DNA of 64,000 nucleotides from Rhizaria sp. SCN 62-66 (Eukaryota): NCBI GenBank assembly GCA_001724265.1, contig MEDY01000257.1, positions 1 to 64,000 of the forward strand, read 5' to 3'. Shown piece by piece: positions 37,757 to 48,541 of this stretch (position 1 is its first letter; each line of letters starts with the position of its first letter). The notes under the pieces were generated by a model. It saw only the letters and a program-made list of their open reading frames with translations, ran no database searches and was not told where the DNA came from. The position numbers and the translations under genes were made by a program.

Positions 37757-40700
37757 TCAATTGCCGCCGTCGAGGTTGAGGTTGAGGTGGTCCGAGTGCA
37801 CGGAGATGGCGTTGGACAGGCGCGCGGCCTGCTCCTGGCGCGTCATGGCGCCGGCGCCGAGCGCGACGCCGACGACGTGCATGAGCTGCACCGAGCCGTC
37901 GGAACAGCCCACGGCCAGCACGGCCGCCTCGGGGTTGAACGACAAGCAGACGGGGATGCGCGCGCCGGCGCCGGCGCCCGCGGCGGCCAGTCCGCCCGTG
38001 AGCGAAGTGACGCTGCCCCCGGCGGCCGCGGCGGCGGCGGGCGCGGCAGGGGCGATCTTGGCCGAGACCACGGGGTCGTTGGACGAGGTGGAGATGTCCC
38101 AGAGGTCGATGCGGCCCGAGCGCGAGGCCGTGGCGAAGACGCAGGCGTTGGTGGGCGACCACTCGACGTCGAGCACGGCCTCGTGGCCCGACTGGAAGGG
38201 CGGCAGCAGCGGCCGCTGTGACTTGTGGTGCCACAGCAGCGACGTCCAGTCCGATGAGCAGGTCAGGAAGACCGAGCTCAGGAAAGGAGAGCAGCGCACG
38301 CGCGAGACGGGTCCCGTGTGCGCCGAGTAGGAATCAAGCGTCTGCTCGTTGTAGCTCACGGAGCACTTGTAAACCGTGCCCTCTTCGGTCGACACGTAGT
38401 ACTGGCTGGGGTCGCCGTGCGGCACGTCCAGGAACAGCGGGCTCACGCCCGAGCTGCCCACCGTGCGCCCGCCCGCCGCCGCCGCAGCCGCGGCCGCAGC
38501 CGCAGCCGCCGCAACGGCGGGGTTGCCAGTGGCGGCAGTGGTGCTGGGCGCGGCGGCCGTCTTAGCAGAGAGCTTGCGGAACTCGATGAGCGTCTGCGGG
38601 ATGGAGCCGACGCGCATGGCCCAGTGGCGCGCGGTGCCGTCAGCCGCCACGGTCATGAGCTGCAGCTCCTGCTTTGCGTCCGTCGGCTGCGGCAGCACCC
38701 ACTTGGTGGTCCACACGGCGCCCGAGTGCTTGTCCGGGTGCGTCGACTCGAGCACGGGCTCCGAGGACGCGCTGCAGACGTCGTAGACGAGCACGGCGCC
38801 GTTGCGCAGCCCCACGGCGAGCAGGTTGCCGGGCTCGGCCGCAAACTCGAGCGACGTCACGCTGTGGTTGGTCTTGAGCACGCGCACGGGGTGCGTGGGG
38901 TTGATGGGCGACCACAGGCACACGCAGCCGGCCGATGTGATCGCTGTCGAGGGCTGCGAGTCACCGTAGCCGACGGCGAGGAGGTTCGTGTTGGCTGCGG
39001 ACCAAGTCAGCGCCGTGACCTGCAGCGCATCGGTGACGCGGGGCACGTGCAGCGTCATCAGCACTGACAGCATCTTGTGCTGCTGCTGCTGCTGTTGCTG
39101 CTGTTGCTGCTGCTGATGATGTTGCTGCTGCGGGATAGAGCCAGGCAGACCGGTGGACTCGCCGTCCTTCTTCGCGTTGTTGTTGTTGCTGGAGAGCGCG
39201 GACTCAATCACGTCAATTGGCTTGGCCTTAAAGAGCGCCTGCTGCGTGTGCAGGATGTTTTGCACCACTGCGTTCTCGGCCGCGCGCAGCGCCGTCGCGA
39301 ACGCCGGCAGCGCCGAGATGCGCGCGTAGGGCGTCGGGATAGACAGCACGAAGTCGCGCAGCGATGCGCTGTTGACGCCGAACGACGAGTCGTCGTCCAC
39401 AGCCCGCGCGCGCTGTGCGTCACCACCGCGGACGTTGCTGAAGGTCGAGGTAAGCGAGCCGCCCTTGTGGTGCGTTGACGAGTGCTTGTTGAGTCCCGAG
39501 CCCGCGCCGGCGGCCAGCCCGGCCTCGCTGGCACCGTTGGCCGTGCCCGCACGGTAGAGACTGCCGGCCGAGTCGCCGCCGCGCGCCAGGTGGCTCTCGG
39601 ACCCGCCAGTGAGCAGCGAGCCGCCCGATGGCGCCAGGGAGGCGGAGCTCACGCCGGCGCCGAGGCCGGCACCGCTGCTGCTGCTGCTGCTGGAGGCGCC
39701 GCTGCCGGCGAGACCGCTGCCGGCAAGGTCGAGCGATGACACGGCGGCGGCCAGCGCGCTGTCAGAGCCCATGGCGCCAAGCACGGCCGAGGATGCGCCC
39801 GAGGCCGTGGCGGCCGCGCCGCGCGCGTTGCTGGCGTGCGGGTTGCGCCCCGCCGCGATTGCCTGCAGCGTCGAGTAGGCCTCGTTGTCCGCCGCAGCCA
39901 TCGAGTCGTGGATGTCCCACGTGGTGGCCTGCGAGCCGATGGAGTATGACGCCACGGGCGCCGTCTGCGTCTCGCGCACGCGCAGCGTCGGGTTGCGCGT
40001 CTGGGCGAACCGGTCGCTAAACTTGTCCTTCTCCTTGCGCCGCTCCAGCGTCTGGTGGTAGCGCTCGTTCCGCTTCTTCACGGCCTCGTGCGTCGCCGCG
40101 TCGTCCGCCCACACAGCGCGGCCGGGGATGTGCAGCAGCGTCATCGTCGACGTCTCGGTGAGGTGCACCGAGATGATGTCCTTGAGCTCGCGCTCAGTCC
40201 ACTGCTTCTTCGGCTTCGGCGCGGCGGCCGCGTCAGGCGCGCGCGCAGGAGGGGCACCGCTAGCAGCGCCGGGAGCGCCGAGACCGCCGCTGCCGAGCCC
40301 GCTGCCGGCGCCATTGCCGCCACTGCTGTTGGCGTTGTACGAAGAAGATGTGGACGAGTCGCCGTAGAAAGAACCGCCAATAGCGCTGTTTCCGGTAGAG
40401 AGCTCGCCGTGTGCGCCGTCACCAACGCTGCCAAAGGACGACGTAGTATCGCCGGGGCTGCGGCCGGCAGCGGGGTTGACCATGACGTACGCCAGGGGTT
40501 CCGGGGTGAGATCAACGTACTCGCCCTGTGCGTTTTGCACCATCACGCGGGCGGCGAGATCCTTCTTGCGGGCCATGCGCGTGCGACTGCCTGCGTTTGT
40601 GGCCGTGTGCGACTGAATGCGGCCCGTACGGCGAGTAACACCCTTACCCAGGAGCGAGTCGCCACCGGGGCCAGTGGTAGTGATGCCGCGAACGGTCGTG

Positions 40701-40822
40701 CCGCGCGTCTTGGACGGAGCACGGGACTTGAGCAGCGTGGAGCTGGGAGCGAGGCTCGACGGGCCCGAAGTAGGGCCCACGACGCCAGGATGGCGCCGGC
40801 CCGGGCTAAGCGGTTCAGCCAT
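37757..40822 (-). CDS. WDR78: Axonemal dynein intermediate chain WDR78/DNAI4 (IC138-like)
   Basis: DLTPEPL, LTETSTMTLLHIP, QATTWDIHDS, then WD40 propeller motifs NLLAVGYG, WSPINPTHP, HSGAVW, TEEGTVYKCSVSYNEQTLDSYSAHTGPV, FLTCSSDWT. TGA stop. Confidence 0.9.
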   Translation of the reverse strand: MAEPLSPGRRHPGVVGPTSGPSSLAPSSTLLKSRAPSKTRGTTVRGITTTGPGGDSLLGKGVTRRTGRIQSHTATNAGSRTRMARKKDLAARVMVQNAQGEYVDLTPEPLAYVMVNPAAGRSPGDTTSSFGSVGDGAHGELSTGNSAIGGSFYGDSSTSSSYNANSSGGNGAGSGLGSGGLGAPGAASGAPPARAPDAAAAPKPKKQWTERELKDIISVHLTETSTMTLLHIPGRAVWADDAATHEAVKKRNERYHQTLERRKEKDKFSDRFAQTRNPTLRVRETQTAPVASYSIGSQATTWDIHDSMAAADNEAYSTLQAIAAGRNPHASNARGAAATASGASSAVLGAMGSDSALAAAVSSLDLAGSGLAGSGASSSSSSSGAGLGAGVSSASLAPSGGSLLTGGSESHLARGGDSAGSLYRAGTANGASEAGLAAGAGSGLNKHSSTHHKGGSLTSTFSNVRGGDAQRARAVDDDSSFGVNSASLRDFVLSIPTPYARISALPAFATALRAAENAVVQNILHTQQALFKAKPIDVIESALSSNNNNAKKDGESTGLPGSIPQQQHHQQQQQQQQQQQQHKMLSVLMTLHVPRVTDALQVTALTWSAANTNLLAVGYGDSQPSTAITSAGCVCLWSPINPTHPVRVLKTNHSVTSLEFAAEPGNLLAVGLRNGAVLVYDVCSASSEPVLESTHPDKHSGAVWTTKWVLPQPTDAKQELQLMTVAADGTARHWAMRVGSIPQTLIEFRKLSAKTAAAPSTTAATGNPAVAAAAAAAAAAAAAGGRTVGSSGVSPLFLDVPHGDPSQYYVSTEEGTVYKCSVSYNEQTLDSYSAHTGPVSRVRCSPFLSSVFLTCSSDWTSLLWHHKSQRPLLPPFQSGHEAVLDVEWSPTNACVFATASRSGRIDLWDISTSSNDPVVSAKIAPAAPAAAAAAGGSVTSLTGGLAAAGAGAGARIPVCLSFNPEAAVLAVGCSDGSVQLMHVVGVALGAGAMTRQEQAARLSNAISVHSDHLNLNLDGGN
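39077..39131 (-). repeat. CAG/CAA-rich polyQ/H microsatellite within WDR78
   Basis: Encodes QQQHHQQQQQQQQQQQQH. Confidence 0.8.
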
Positions 40823-41224
40823 CGCAAGAAGCGGGCAGCAAGAGGGCTTGGAGTCGGGAGCTTGGCGTCGCAGAATCTGGAGGAAGAGAGCGAAGAAAGA
40901 AAGCGACTGGGTTGTAGGGGCAGCGAAAATAGGGAGTGCTTGTGAGATCTAGTGATGTTTCTGGAGCAAATGAACAAAGTATTACAATTTAAGCAATGGT
41001 TCAAATAAGAGGCGTCTGACAAAGTACAAATAGGTGTGCTCAGGTGCGACTAATCCTAAAAACAAAATCTGGCCGTTTTTCTCCTCGACCAAACCCACCA
41101 GTCCTGGTCGACCTGAAGCAGCTCTCTGATTCTAACCAAGACTCGATCCCTGCTTCATTTATATTGGCTGATCTACGTATTCTGCGCCCAGTGAACCGGT
41201 TCGTGGAGTTTTATTTGTTGAAAA

Positions 41225-42894
41225 ATGAGTGAGATCCTTAGTGGACTTATCGCCAGCGCCAAAAATGTTGTTTTCAGGGTTGATACTGACAAGGTCGTAA
41301 CGAAGGAAGCAGCGTCACTGATGAACGACGTACAAATCATCCTGGGTACGTGTGAATCGTCTTGCGAATGTCATTTCAGCAGTGCAACCACATAGACAAC
41401 AATTAATTGGCACTTAATAATAACGTTATTATTGTATTTCATTGTGTATTCCGATCGTAGGAGTCCTCAGCGCGATGAGTCCGCCTCACGCCCAAAGCAA
41501 CATGACGACACTTGAACAACTTCGGGAGGTGCTCCGCGCAAGTCAAAAATTTGTGAATAAGGCTGAAAGTCGTGGCGCAGTGGCTCGTTTTGTGTTTGCG
41601 GGTAGCATCACGAAAGATCTCGAGTCCCTTCGTCAGTCTCTTGACAAGATCAAGCATTAGCTCGTCATCTCAAGAACTGCACTCGCTGAAATGGATCGCG
41701 ACATTGACGAAGCGCACTCCAACAACAGCAACAGCAGCCAAGCAGCCAGTGCAACGCACACCTCTCCGCAACTGATGCCGCCAATGCTGATGTTTAGTGA
41801 CTTCCACATTGCTGGACTTATCGCATGCGAGGACTGTGCAAGTGTGTACAGAGCACTGTACGTGCCAACTGCCGCCAGCACTATCGGGTCCCTTGAGTCT
41901 CTGACTGCAAGAGCAGTGGTATTGAAGGTGCTCAATGGCACTGATGTCGCGCTGTTACACGACAACACTGTCAAGCAAGAGCTTCAAAGGCGCTACTCGC
42001 TGCGGCTACCGTCCGTCGCACGCTGCCACGGGCTCACTATCGTGCCTGACGGCAGACTTGCAATTGTTATGGATGTTGCGGGCGGATCACTTGCTGACAT
42101 GTTGGCTCGTGAAGCGTATTACCTCGACATGCCAATGCAGGGCCGCGTGTGGCTGGCGCAGCAGGTGAGTCACGCCGTGTATAGCCTCGCGCAGCGAGAC
42201 ATCGTGCACTCCGACATCAAACCGTCCAGCTTCTACTGGGTTGTCGCAGGACGTGAGGACTCTGGCACCACCGCTGTTGTGAAGATCTCCGACGTGGGCG
42301 ACTTGAGTCTGCAGACAACAGTGTGCAGCATGTCACAACACGCAACAAACTCACGTGAAGGTACGTCTTTGCACAAACTCGGCATATATTGCTCTGATAA
42401 CGCATCTGCTTGTGTATCATTCTCATGTTTTAATTGACACGTACTTATTCTTTGCTTCTATAGCGACAGTCACGGACGCACCCGTCTGGCTGGCACCTGA
42501 GCTCTTGACGGGAAAGTCTCTTCCCACCCTCGCAACGGATGTGTACGCGCTGGGCATGCTGCTCTACGAGATCATCTTCAGCATCAGGCCCTTTAAGGGC
42601 ATGTCGAGCGCGCAGGTCCGCGAGATTGTCCTTGCTGGCGGGCGCTCCTCATTGAACCTCGACGACTATGACGGCGACGCGTATCCTGCGTTGCGGTCCA
42701 AGCCGACGCCGGCGATGCTCCAGCTCATCGCGGACTGCTGGGCCGCGGATCCAGCGCAGCGCCCGACGGCCAGCAGCGTCGTGAACCGACTCATGGGCAT
42801 GAAAAGCGAGGAGCGTTATGCACGACAGTTTATGCTTGAGATGCAAGGTGTGCAGACTCGCTAGCGCATTCGACGCGCGGCGAGTGAAAACTAA
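41225..42894 (+). CDS. MLKL-like protein (N-terminal four-helix bundle plus TKL-type pseudokinase); exons 41225..41345, 41461..42360, 42464..42864 (or 42894); in-frame TAG at 41658..41660. Recoded gene or recent pseudogene.
   Basis: Two phase-1 GTACGT...TAG introns give one frame: MSEILSGLIASAKNVVFRVDTDKVVTKEAASLMNDVQIILGVLSAM...LEQLREVLRASQKFVNKAESRGAVARFVFAGSITKDLESLRQSLDKIKH*LVISRTALAEMDRD..., followed by kinase motifs VVLKVL, HSDIKPSS, KISDVG, WLAPE, DVYALG, CWAADPAQRP. A second TAG at 42862 is followed in frame by RIRRAASEN-TAA (42894). Confidence 0.78.
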
Positions 42895-43073
42895 GATGAG
42901 ATCAAATAACGAATAAAAAGTTGTTTGTATGAGTTTTTTCAATTTGCGCACATTTTATGCACAATAAACCAAGGGATTCAAGGCCATGGCCAGATCCAGA
43001 CCTACATTGTCTAATTCTCCCAACAACATCATCATAAACACGTCCTCCACAATCTCAGACCTGTCTCAACCGC

Positions 43074-46000
43074 TCAGCCCGCGGGCGTCGTCGTTGCCGC
43101 GGCGGCGGGGCGCTGGTTGGGCACGGGCGGGAAGATGCTCGTCATGCTCTGGCTGCGGCCCAGGATGTAGTCGTCCGCGAACAGGCGCGCGTAGTGGCCG
43201 CCGTAGTGCCAGGCGTAGTAGGTCGTGTAGAACTTGGCGTACTGGCCCGTGTAGTGCTCCGTCTGCTGTCCCGCCGCCTCGGCGGACCAGCACGCGTCGC
43301 AAAACTCGGCGACCTTGTCCGGCGTCTGGCGGTACACGTCCTTGCCCATGCGACAGAGCTCGCAGAAGACGTCGGCCACCGGCGTGCGCGTCATGGCGCG
43401 CGTCGCCGTCTGCGCCACGGCGTTGGACACCGAGTGAATCGTCGCGCGCGTCAGCGACTGCGACACGAGGCGCGTCAGCGACTGCGAAAATATGCGGAAC
43501 GACGTGTGCGTCAGCGACTCGATGAGCGAGTGCGTGAGCGAGACCGTGAGCGAGCGCGAGGCCTCGCGCGTGACAGTATTGTTGACGATCTTGTCGACGT
43601 TGAACGACAACGACTGGTGCATCAGGTTGATGGCGTTGGGCACGGTATCGGTCATGAAGGCAGCTACGAGCTTGTTCGCCAGCGCAGTCTTGACGCCCAT
43701 GTCGATCGACCCGCGCACTGTCTGCGGCTCGCCGGAGTTCGGCGTCGGCTCTTCGCCGTAGCCCGCGCTGGAGCCGGACTCGATGAAGCTGGCCGAGGTG
43801 CCGTAGGAGCTGCGCGGCGCGGACGCCTCGGCGGCCATCTCGGTCTCGACCTGCGCGAGCGCGCGGCGGCCGTAGGCGAGCAGCTTCTTCATCGTCGGGC
43901 TGTCCTCCGCAGTCTCGATGAAGGAGCCCGCAGCGCCACCGTTGGCGACGCCCATGCGGGTCGAGGCCGAACTCACCATGTCGGGCTGGCCCTCCTCGGC
44001 GAGCTTCTCCTGCATCTGCCGCCCGCCGTCGGACTCGTCGTCCTTAACGAGGTTCTTCATGGCGGACTCGAATCGCAGCAGCTTCGTCTGTGGCTGTCCG
44101 TCCGCGCCCCGCTCTGGCTGCGAGGTGATTTTGCCTACCATCTCATTCAGGTCCTCGGGCATCATCGCGTCCACCGTGAGGTCACCGATGGCGGCCTTAA
44201 TCGTCTTGGCGACCTGCGGCAGCAGCGCGTTCATCGACACCTCGCCCATCACGGGCGGCACCATTTCGCAGATGGGGTCAACGATCGACGCCAGGATCTG
44301 CTGCGTGCGCGCACGCGCGCCAGCCCCGGCGCCACCCGTGGCGCGCGCCTGGAGTCCCGCGCGCGACTCCATGAGCAGCACAGCGTCAACCTTGGCGGCC
44401 GTCTCGAAGAAGACCGTGGTGAGGTCGCCGAGGTCCTCCTCGCTCTGGCCCACGGCCGCCAGCGCGGACGCGTGCTCGAACGTCTCGTTGTCCGCGTCCT
44501 CGGCGTCCTCGGCTGCCTGGAGCGCGGCCGCCGCGGCGGCCTGCGCGCGGTCGCGAGCAGCCTGGGCCTCGGCCTCGGCCTTGGCTGCAGCGGCTGCGGC
44601 GGCCTTAGCCTCGGCGTCGGCCTCCGTCTCGATCAGCGAGCTCTCGGAGGCAGCATTGGCCGCAGTGTTCGCAGCAGCGGGGGCCGCGTCCATCTTGGCG
44701 AGCAGCGACGCGGTGAGCGAAGACACCGGGCGGCCGAGCTTCTCCGCGGCCGCGCTCTGCACGCGCTCCTGCTGCGGCGTCGCTGAGTCGAACAGCGAGT
44801 CAATCTCGGCCACGCCGCTGTCCACCGCGCCGCGCCTGCCCTTTGCGGCACCCGCGGCGGCGCCTGTGGCGGCGGCGGCGGCGGCCTGCGCGGCGTTGGG
44901 GTCCGCGGTGGGCGCGAGCTTGCTGTGAAAGGACGCGAGCATCGTGTTCTTGGCGTCGATGCGCCGGTTGCGCGCCGAAGCCGGCAGCGGCACGTCGGCG
45001 TAGCCAAGCGCCTTGAGCCCGCGCGTCGCGGACGAGTGTGCCGACGCAGAGGCCGCGGCAGCCGCGGCGGGCGTCAGCAGCGTCGCGCCCGCCAACGGCA
45101 CCGCCGACTCGACCTTGTTGCCGCTACTCGCACGGCCGTTCGCGGCTGAGGCGCTGGCGCTGGCGCTGACGAAGCTGCTGCCGGCGGCGTCAGCGCTGGT
45201 CGTGGCCGCGGTCTGCGCCCGCGCCGTGCGCTCGCCGGTCTGGAGGAAGATGGAGAAGTCGTCGGGTCCCGCGGGCGCGCCGGGGCGGCCCTCGGCGCGC
45301 TGCAGCAGCGCCTGCTGCTGGCGCTGCGCAGCGACCTGTGCGGCGCGCAAGCGCTGCTGGCGGCGGAGGGCGCGGATGCCGCCAGTGAGCGCCTGCGCCA
45401 GCGCCGCATCGGACACGGCCTCGGCGGCCAGCGCCGCGCTCTCGGCGGCGTCCTCGTTCTCGGCCGCCGCAGCGTCACCGTGACTGTTCGCGCTTCCAGT
45501 GGCGACAGAGGCGACTGCAGGAGAGGGCTGGAGGGCGGGTACGAGGGGGATGGCGCCGCTGACGGGGGCGAGCGACGCGGCGTCGACGGGCCAGGGGCCG
45601 TGGGCGCGCGGGGCCAGCGTCAGCGTGCACAGCGCGAGGGCTTCGGCCGACAGCGGGGCGCGCGCGGGGGCGAGTGAGGCAGGCGCGGAGAGGAGCACGT
45701 GCACGCGTAGCGCGCTGATGCCGGCGCCGCTGCTCGCCGCCGAAGGGAAGTTGGGCTGAGTGGCAGCAGCGTCGGCGGCCGCGCTCGCACTGTTCGCGCT
45801 CGAGGAGAGGTGCGAAACGAGCGTGACGAGCGGCTGTGCGGCGCGGCGGCGGCCCTGGAGCAGAGACAGCACGCCGCCCGCGCCAGCGCCGGACCGCGCA
45901 GCGCGCGCGGCGGCCGCGGCGGCCTCGGCCGGGGTCGGCGCCGCGGGCATGACCGTGGGCACGCCGGAGAGGAAGAGGCTCTCCAGATCGTCGCTGACGG

Positions 46001-46706
46001 GCACGCGCGCCAGGCCCGAGGTCGCCGACGCCGCGGGGGACGTCGCAGGCGTAGTCGCACTCGAATCAGAGCCAGAGCCAGAGCTCGAGCTAGAGTCAGC
46101 GGAGCTGCGGGTCTCGTGTGCGTCGGCGTTATGAAGCTGGGCAGCGGTGATTCCGGTCGAGGGAGGGCATGAGAGCGAAAGCAGCTTGTTCAGCGGGTGC
46201 GGGGTCGACGAGAAGAAGTCATGTTGCGAGTAGTGAGAGTCAGAGGCGTCGGCAGGGAAGTCGGTGTCGCCGTCCTCGTTGTCGCCCTTGATCATGCGGA
46301 ACAGCGAAAACGGGTCGGGCTTAGCCTCAGCAGCGCTACTGGTATTGTTATCGGCAGTGGCGGGAAGAATGGATAGCGGGCGGGCGAGCGCGACGTCGAT
46401 CTGGGCCCACTCGAAGCGCTGCGTCGTGGCGTCGGTCAGGGCGACGGAAAACACGCTGAAGGTAGCCGATGCAACGCCCGGGAGAGGAGCGTCAAACGCG
46501 TCAGATGCAAACAGCGCAGGGTGCACACCAGCAGCAGACGCGGACTGGGCCGCAAAGAGGACGACCGCGGCGAGCACTGTCGCTGCTTGGAGCACAAGCA
46601 GAGCAAGCGAGGGCGAGCGACCGGGGCGGGACCGACGGGAGCCGAGAGGCTCTCGCGGTGGCTGCCGGGGCAACGCAAAAAGACCTGGTGAGGCGCCAAA
46701 GGACAT
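43074..46706 (-). CDS. Large hypothetical secretory-pathway protein with tetrad-like SLT repeats and a Cys/Tyr-rich C-terminus
   Basis: ORF of about 1210 aa with a hydrophobic signal or anchor segment (LALLVLQAATVLAAVVLFAAQSASA), SLTVSLTHSLIESLTH...SLTRLVSQSLTR, CELC...CDAC and HYTGQYAKFYTTYYAWHYGGHY. TGA stop. Confidence 0.75.
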   Translation of the reverse strand: MSFGASPGLFALPRQPPREPLGSRRSRPGRSPSLALLVLQAATVLAAVVLFAAQSASAAGVHPALFASDAFDAPLPGVASATFSVFSVALTDATTQRFEWAQIDVALARPLSILPATADNNTSSAAEAKPDPFSLFRMIKGDNEDGDTDFPADASDSHYSQHDFFSSTPHPLNKLLSLSCPPSTGITAAQLHNADAHETRSSADSSSSSGSGSDSSATTPATSPAASATSGLARVPVSDDLESLFLSGVPTVMPAAPTPAEAAAAAARAARSGAGAGGVLSLLQGRRRAAQPLVTLVSHLSSSANSASAAADAAATQPNFPSAASSGAGISALRVHVLLSAPASLAPARAPLSAEALALCTLTLAPRAHGPWPVDAASLAPVSGAIPLVPALQPSPAVASVATGSANSHGDAAAAENEDAAESAALAAEAVSDAALAQALTGGIRALRRQQRLRAAQVAAQRQQQALLQRAEGRPGAPAGPDDFSIFLQTGERTARAQTAATTSADAAGSSFVSASASASAANGRASSGNKVESAVPLAGATLLTPAAAAAASASAHSSATRGLKALGYADVPLPASARNRRIDAKNTMLASFHSKLAPTADPNAAQAAAAAATGAAAGAAKGRRGAVDSGVAEIDSLFDSATPQQERVQSAAAEKLGRPVSSLTASLLAKMDAAPAAANTAANAASESSLIETEADAEAKAAAAAAAKAEAEAQAARDRAQAAAAAALQAAEDAEDADNETFEHASALAAVGQSEEDLGDLTTVFFETAAKVDAVLLMESRAGLQARATGGAGAGARARTQQILASIVDPICEMVPPVMGEVSMNALLPQVAKTIKAAIGDLTVDAMMPEDLNEMVGKITSQPERGADGQPQTKLLRFESAMKNLVKDDESDGGRQMQEKLAEEGQPDMVSSASTRMGVANGGAAGSFIETAEDSPTMKKLLAYGRRALAQVETEMAAEASAPRSSYGTSASFIESGSSAGYGEEPTPNSGEPQTVRGSIDMGVKTALANKLVAAFMTDTVPNAINLMHQSLSFNVDKIVNNTVTREASRSLTVSLTHSLIESLTHTSFRIFSQSLTRLVSQSLTRATIHSVSNAVAQTATRAMTRTPVADVFCELCRMGKDVYRQTPDKVAEFCDACWSAEAAGQQTEHYTGQYAKFYTTYYAWHYGGHYARLFADDYILGRSQSMTSIFPPVPNQRPAAAATTTPAG

Positions 46707-48541
46707 GCTGGCGTCTCGACCGTGACGGTCCACACTGAAAGAGAAGGCAAGACGCGAAGAAAGAGGAGGGAGAGGCAAGCGAGGAAGGGGCAAAGGAGTG
46801 CAAAAGTTAGATCTGGAACACGGAAGCTACAACGTCAAGTTGTCCTAGAAAATAAACAAAAGATGTGAAAGTACCACTTGGAGAGGTTGGCTAAATTATT
46901 TGAGCTCTGCTTGTTTCTGTGGGTCACTGTGGCTCTGAAAAATCAGGCTTGGGCTGCTCAGCCTAGCAAGGCCGACTGTGGGATTGAGTCTGACCGGGAC
47001 GTAATCAGAATGTGTTGTACAGGCCATATACAAACCAATTCAATGTGAATGTAGGGATTCATTGGGTTATTTGTATGATTATGTATTATATATTTGGGAA
47101 ACATCCTGAGGTTTTGTTTTACGTGCCGGTTGGCATCAATGTCACACCGTCGCCGTTGGGACCTCAACACTCGCACGTCGCTAGCTTCTGCCACACGCCA
47201 CAGTATGACTCAGTAGTGGCACACGTACTTGTGTGAGCTTGGATTTGTGGGATTTGCCATGACATAAGGCCTTCTGTGATGCTTTTTGGCATACAGCTCA
47301 CCATCGTGACCAGATATGAGAACAACACCTCCGCATCACATGCACTTGAGCAAGTATAGCCAGCACAAATCAATCCAGTTTGAACGAATGCTTAGATCTA
47401 AGCTGTTTAAGTGAGTTGTGTTTGTTTTTAGTACACTATGATGCGTTGGGGAGTCATTTAGTGCAAAATGATGCATCAAGAAAAACATGCGCGTCGTAAG
47501 TTTGTGACAACTTAGCCTCATGTGTGCATAGAACGAACATTACAGGAGCTGATATTTGGGTATAATATTGATATACTGATTACATTTCTGATGAAATGTT
47601 TGAGATCTGTTACACGCAAGAAACGCGGACGCATATGCAGGCTAGGCCCTCTGTTACTCCAAAGTCACTTCATGATAGAACAAGAATAAAACACGTGTAT
47701 TATCGGTTTGTACGTCTTATGCATGAGTATAATGATTAAGGCGTTGGAATATGTGAAAATATAATGTTACTTCGAGTGTAAAAGCTGAGCTGAGCCAGTC
47801 TAGCGCACGAAATGTATTATTAGTGGCTCCTTCTGTTGGGTCCGGTTGAGTCGAGACCCAAACGAGTGCAGGAATCTTTTTCGAAATACCGTGCAAACGT
47901 CACTAACGCGCGTATAGCGCGCATATATTTAATGTTTTCGTTATCAAATTGTGTTTTTGCGTTGTGACACTTAATTACAGTTCTTATATCGACTTCTGTG
48001 TTGCTGTGCACGTCCTCGGGCGCATAAAGAGCGATGAGTCTTTCGCACTGCCCGTCGCTGCCACGCCGACCCGTGCCATGCCACGCACCATCATTCCACG
48101 CAGTTGCGCTTACTTTGCCCTTGCTATGTTCTTTCATTTCTTGCGCTTCATTGCACTCTCAAGACTTCAAAGCTTCTTGGAGTCTCTTTATTAACCATTC
48201 TCCGCCACACCTTCCCGTTTCTGTCGATCCCCCGTGTTGCCGCCCGTGGCGTCTTCCTGCGCGGTCCCCTCTCTGCGTCCCACTCAACCTCCAACAACAC
48301 GTCGCACGCGTGCAATAATACTTCGTCTGTGTCCATTGCTACCACCGCTTAGCGTTTCTCGTCTCTCGCTGCTCGCCCCGCAGCCGCAGTCGCAGTCTCC
48401 GCGTTCGCAACAGCAACAAAAGCAGTTACAGTTCCCTCTGTCCCTGCTCTAGCGTTTTCCCCTGCGCCCCGCACTAGCAGCTTGCGCCCTTCAGTGTCTT
48501 CGCCCGTATAGCCTTTGCTCGCCGCAACTCCCCGTCGCCAC

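Noticed and set aside
47120-47373. Cys-rich minus-strand reading (TCATTESYCGVWQKLATCEC*GPNGDG) in the long spacer before FPGS
   Set aside because: Low GC, no convincing start or splice structure and no recognisable family. I cannot support it as a gene, a pseudogene or a selenoprotein.
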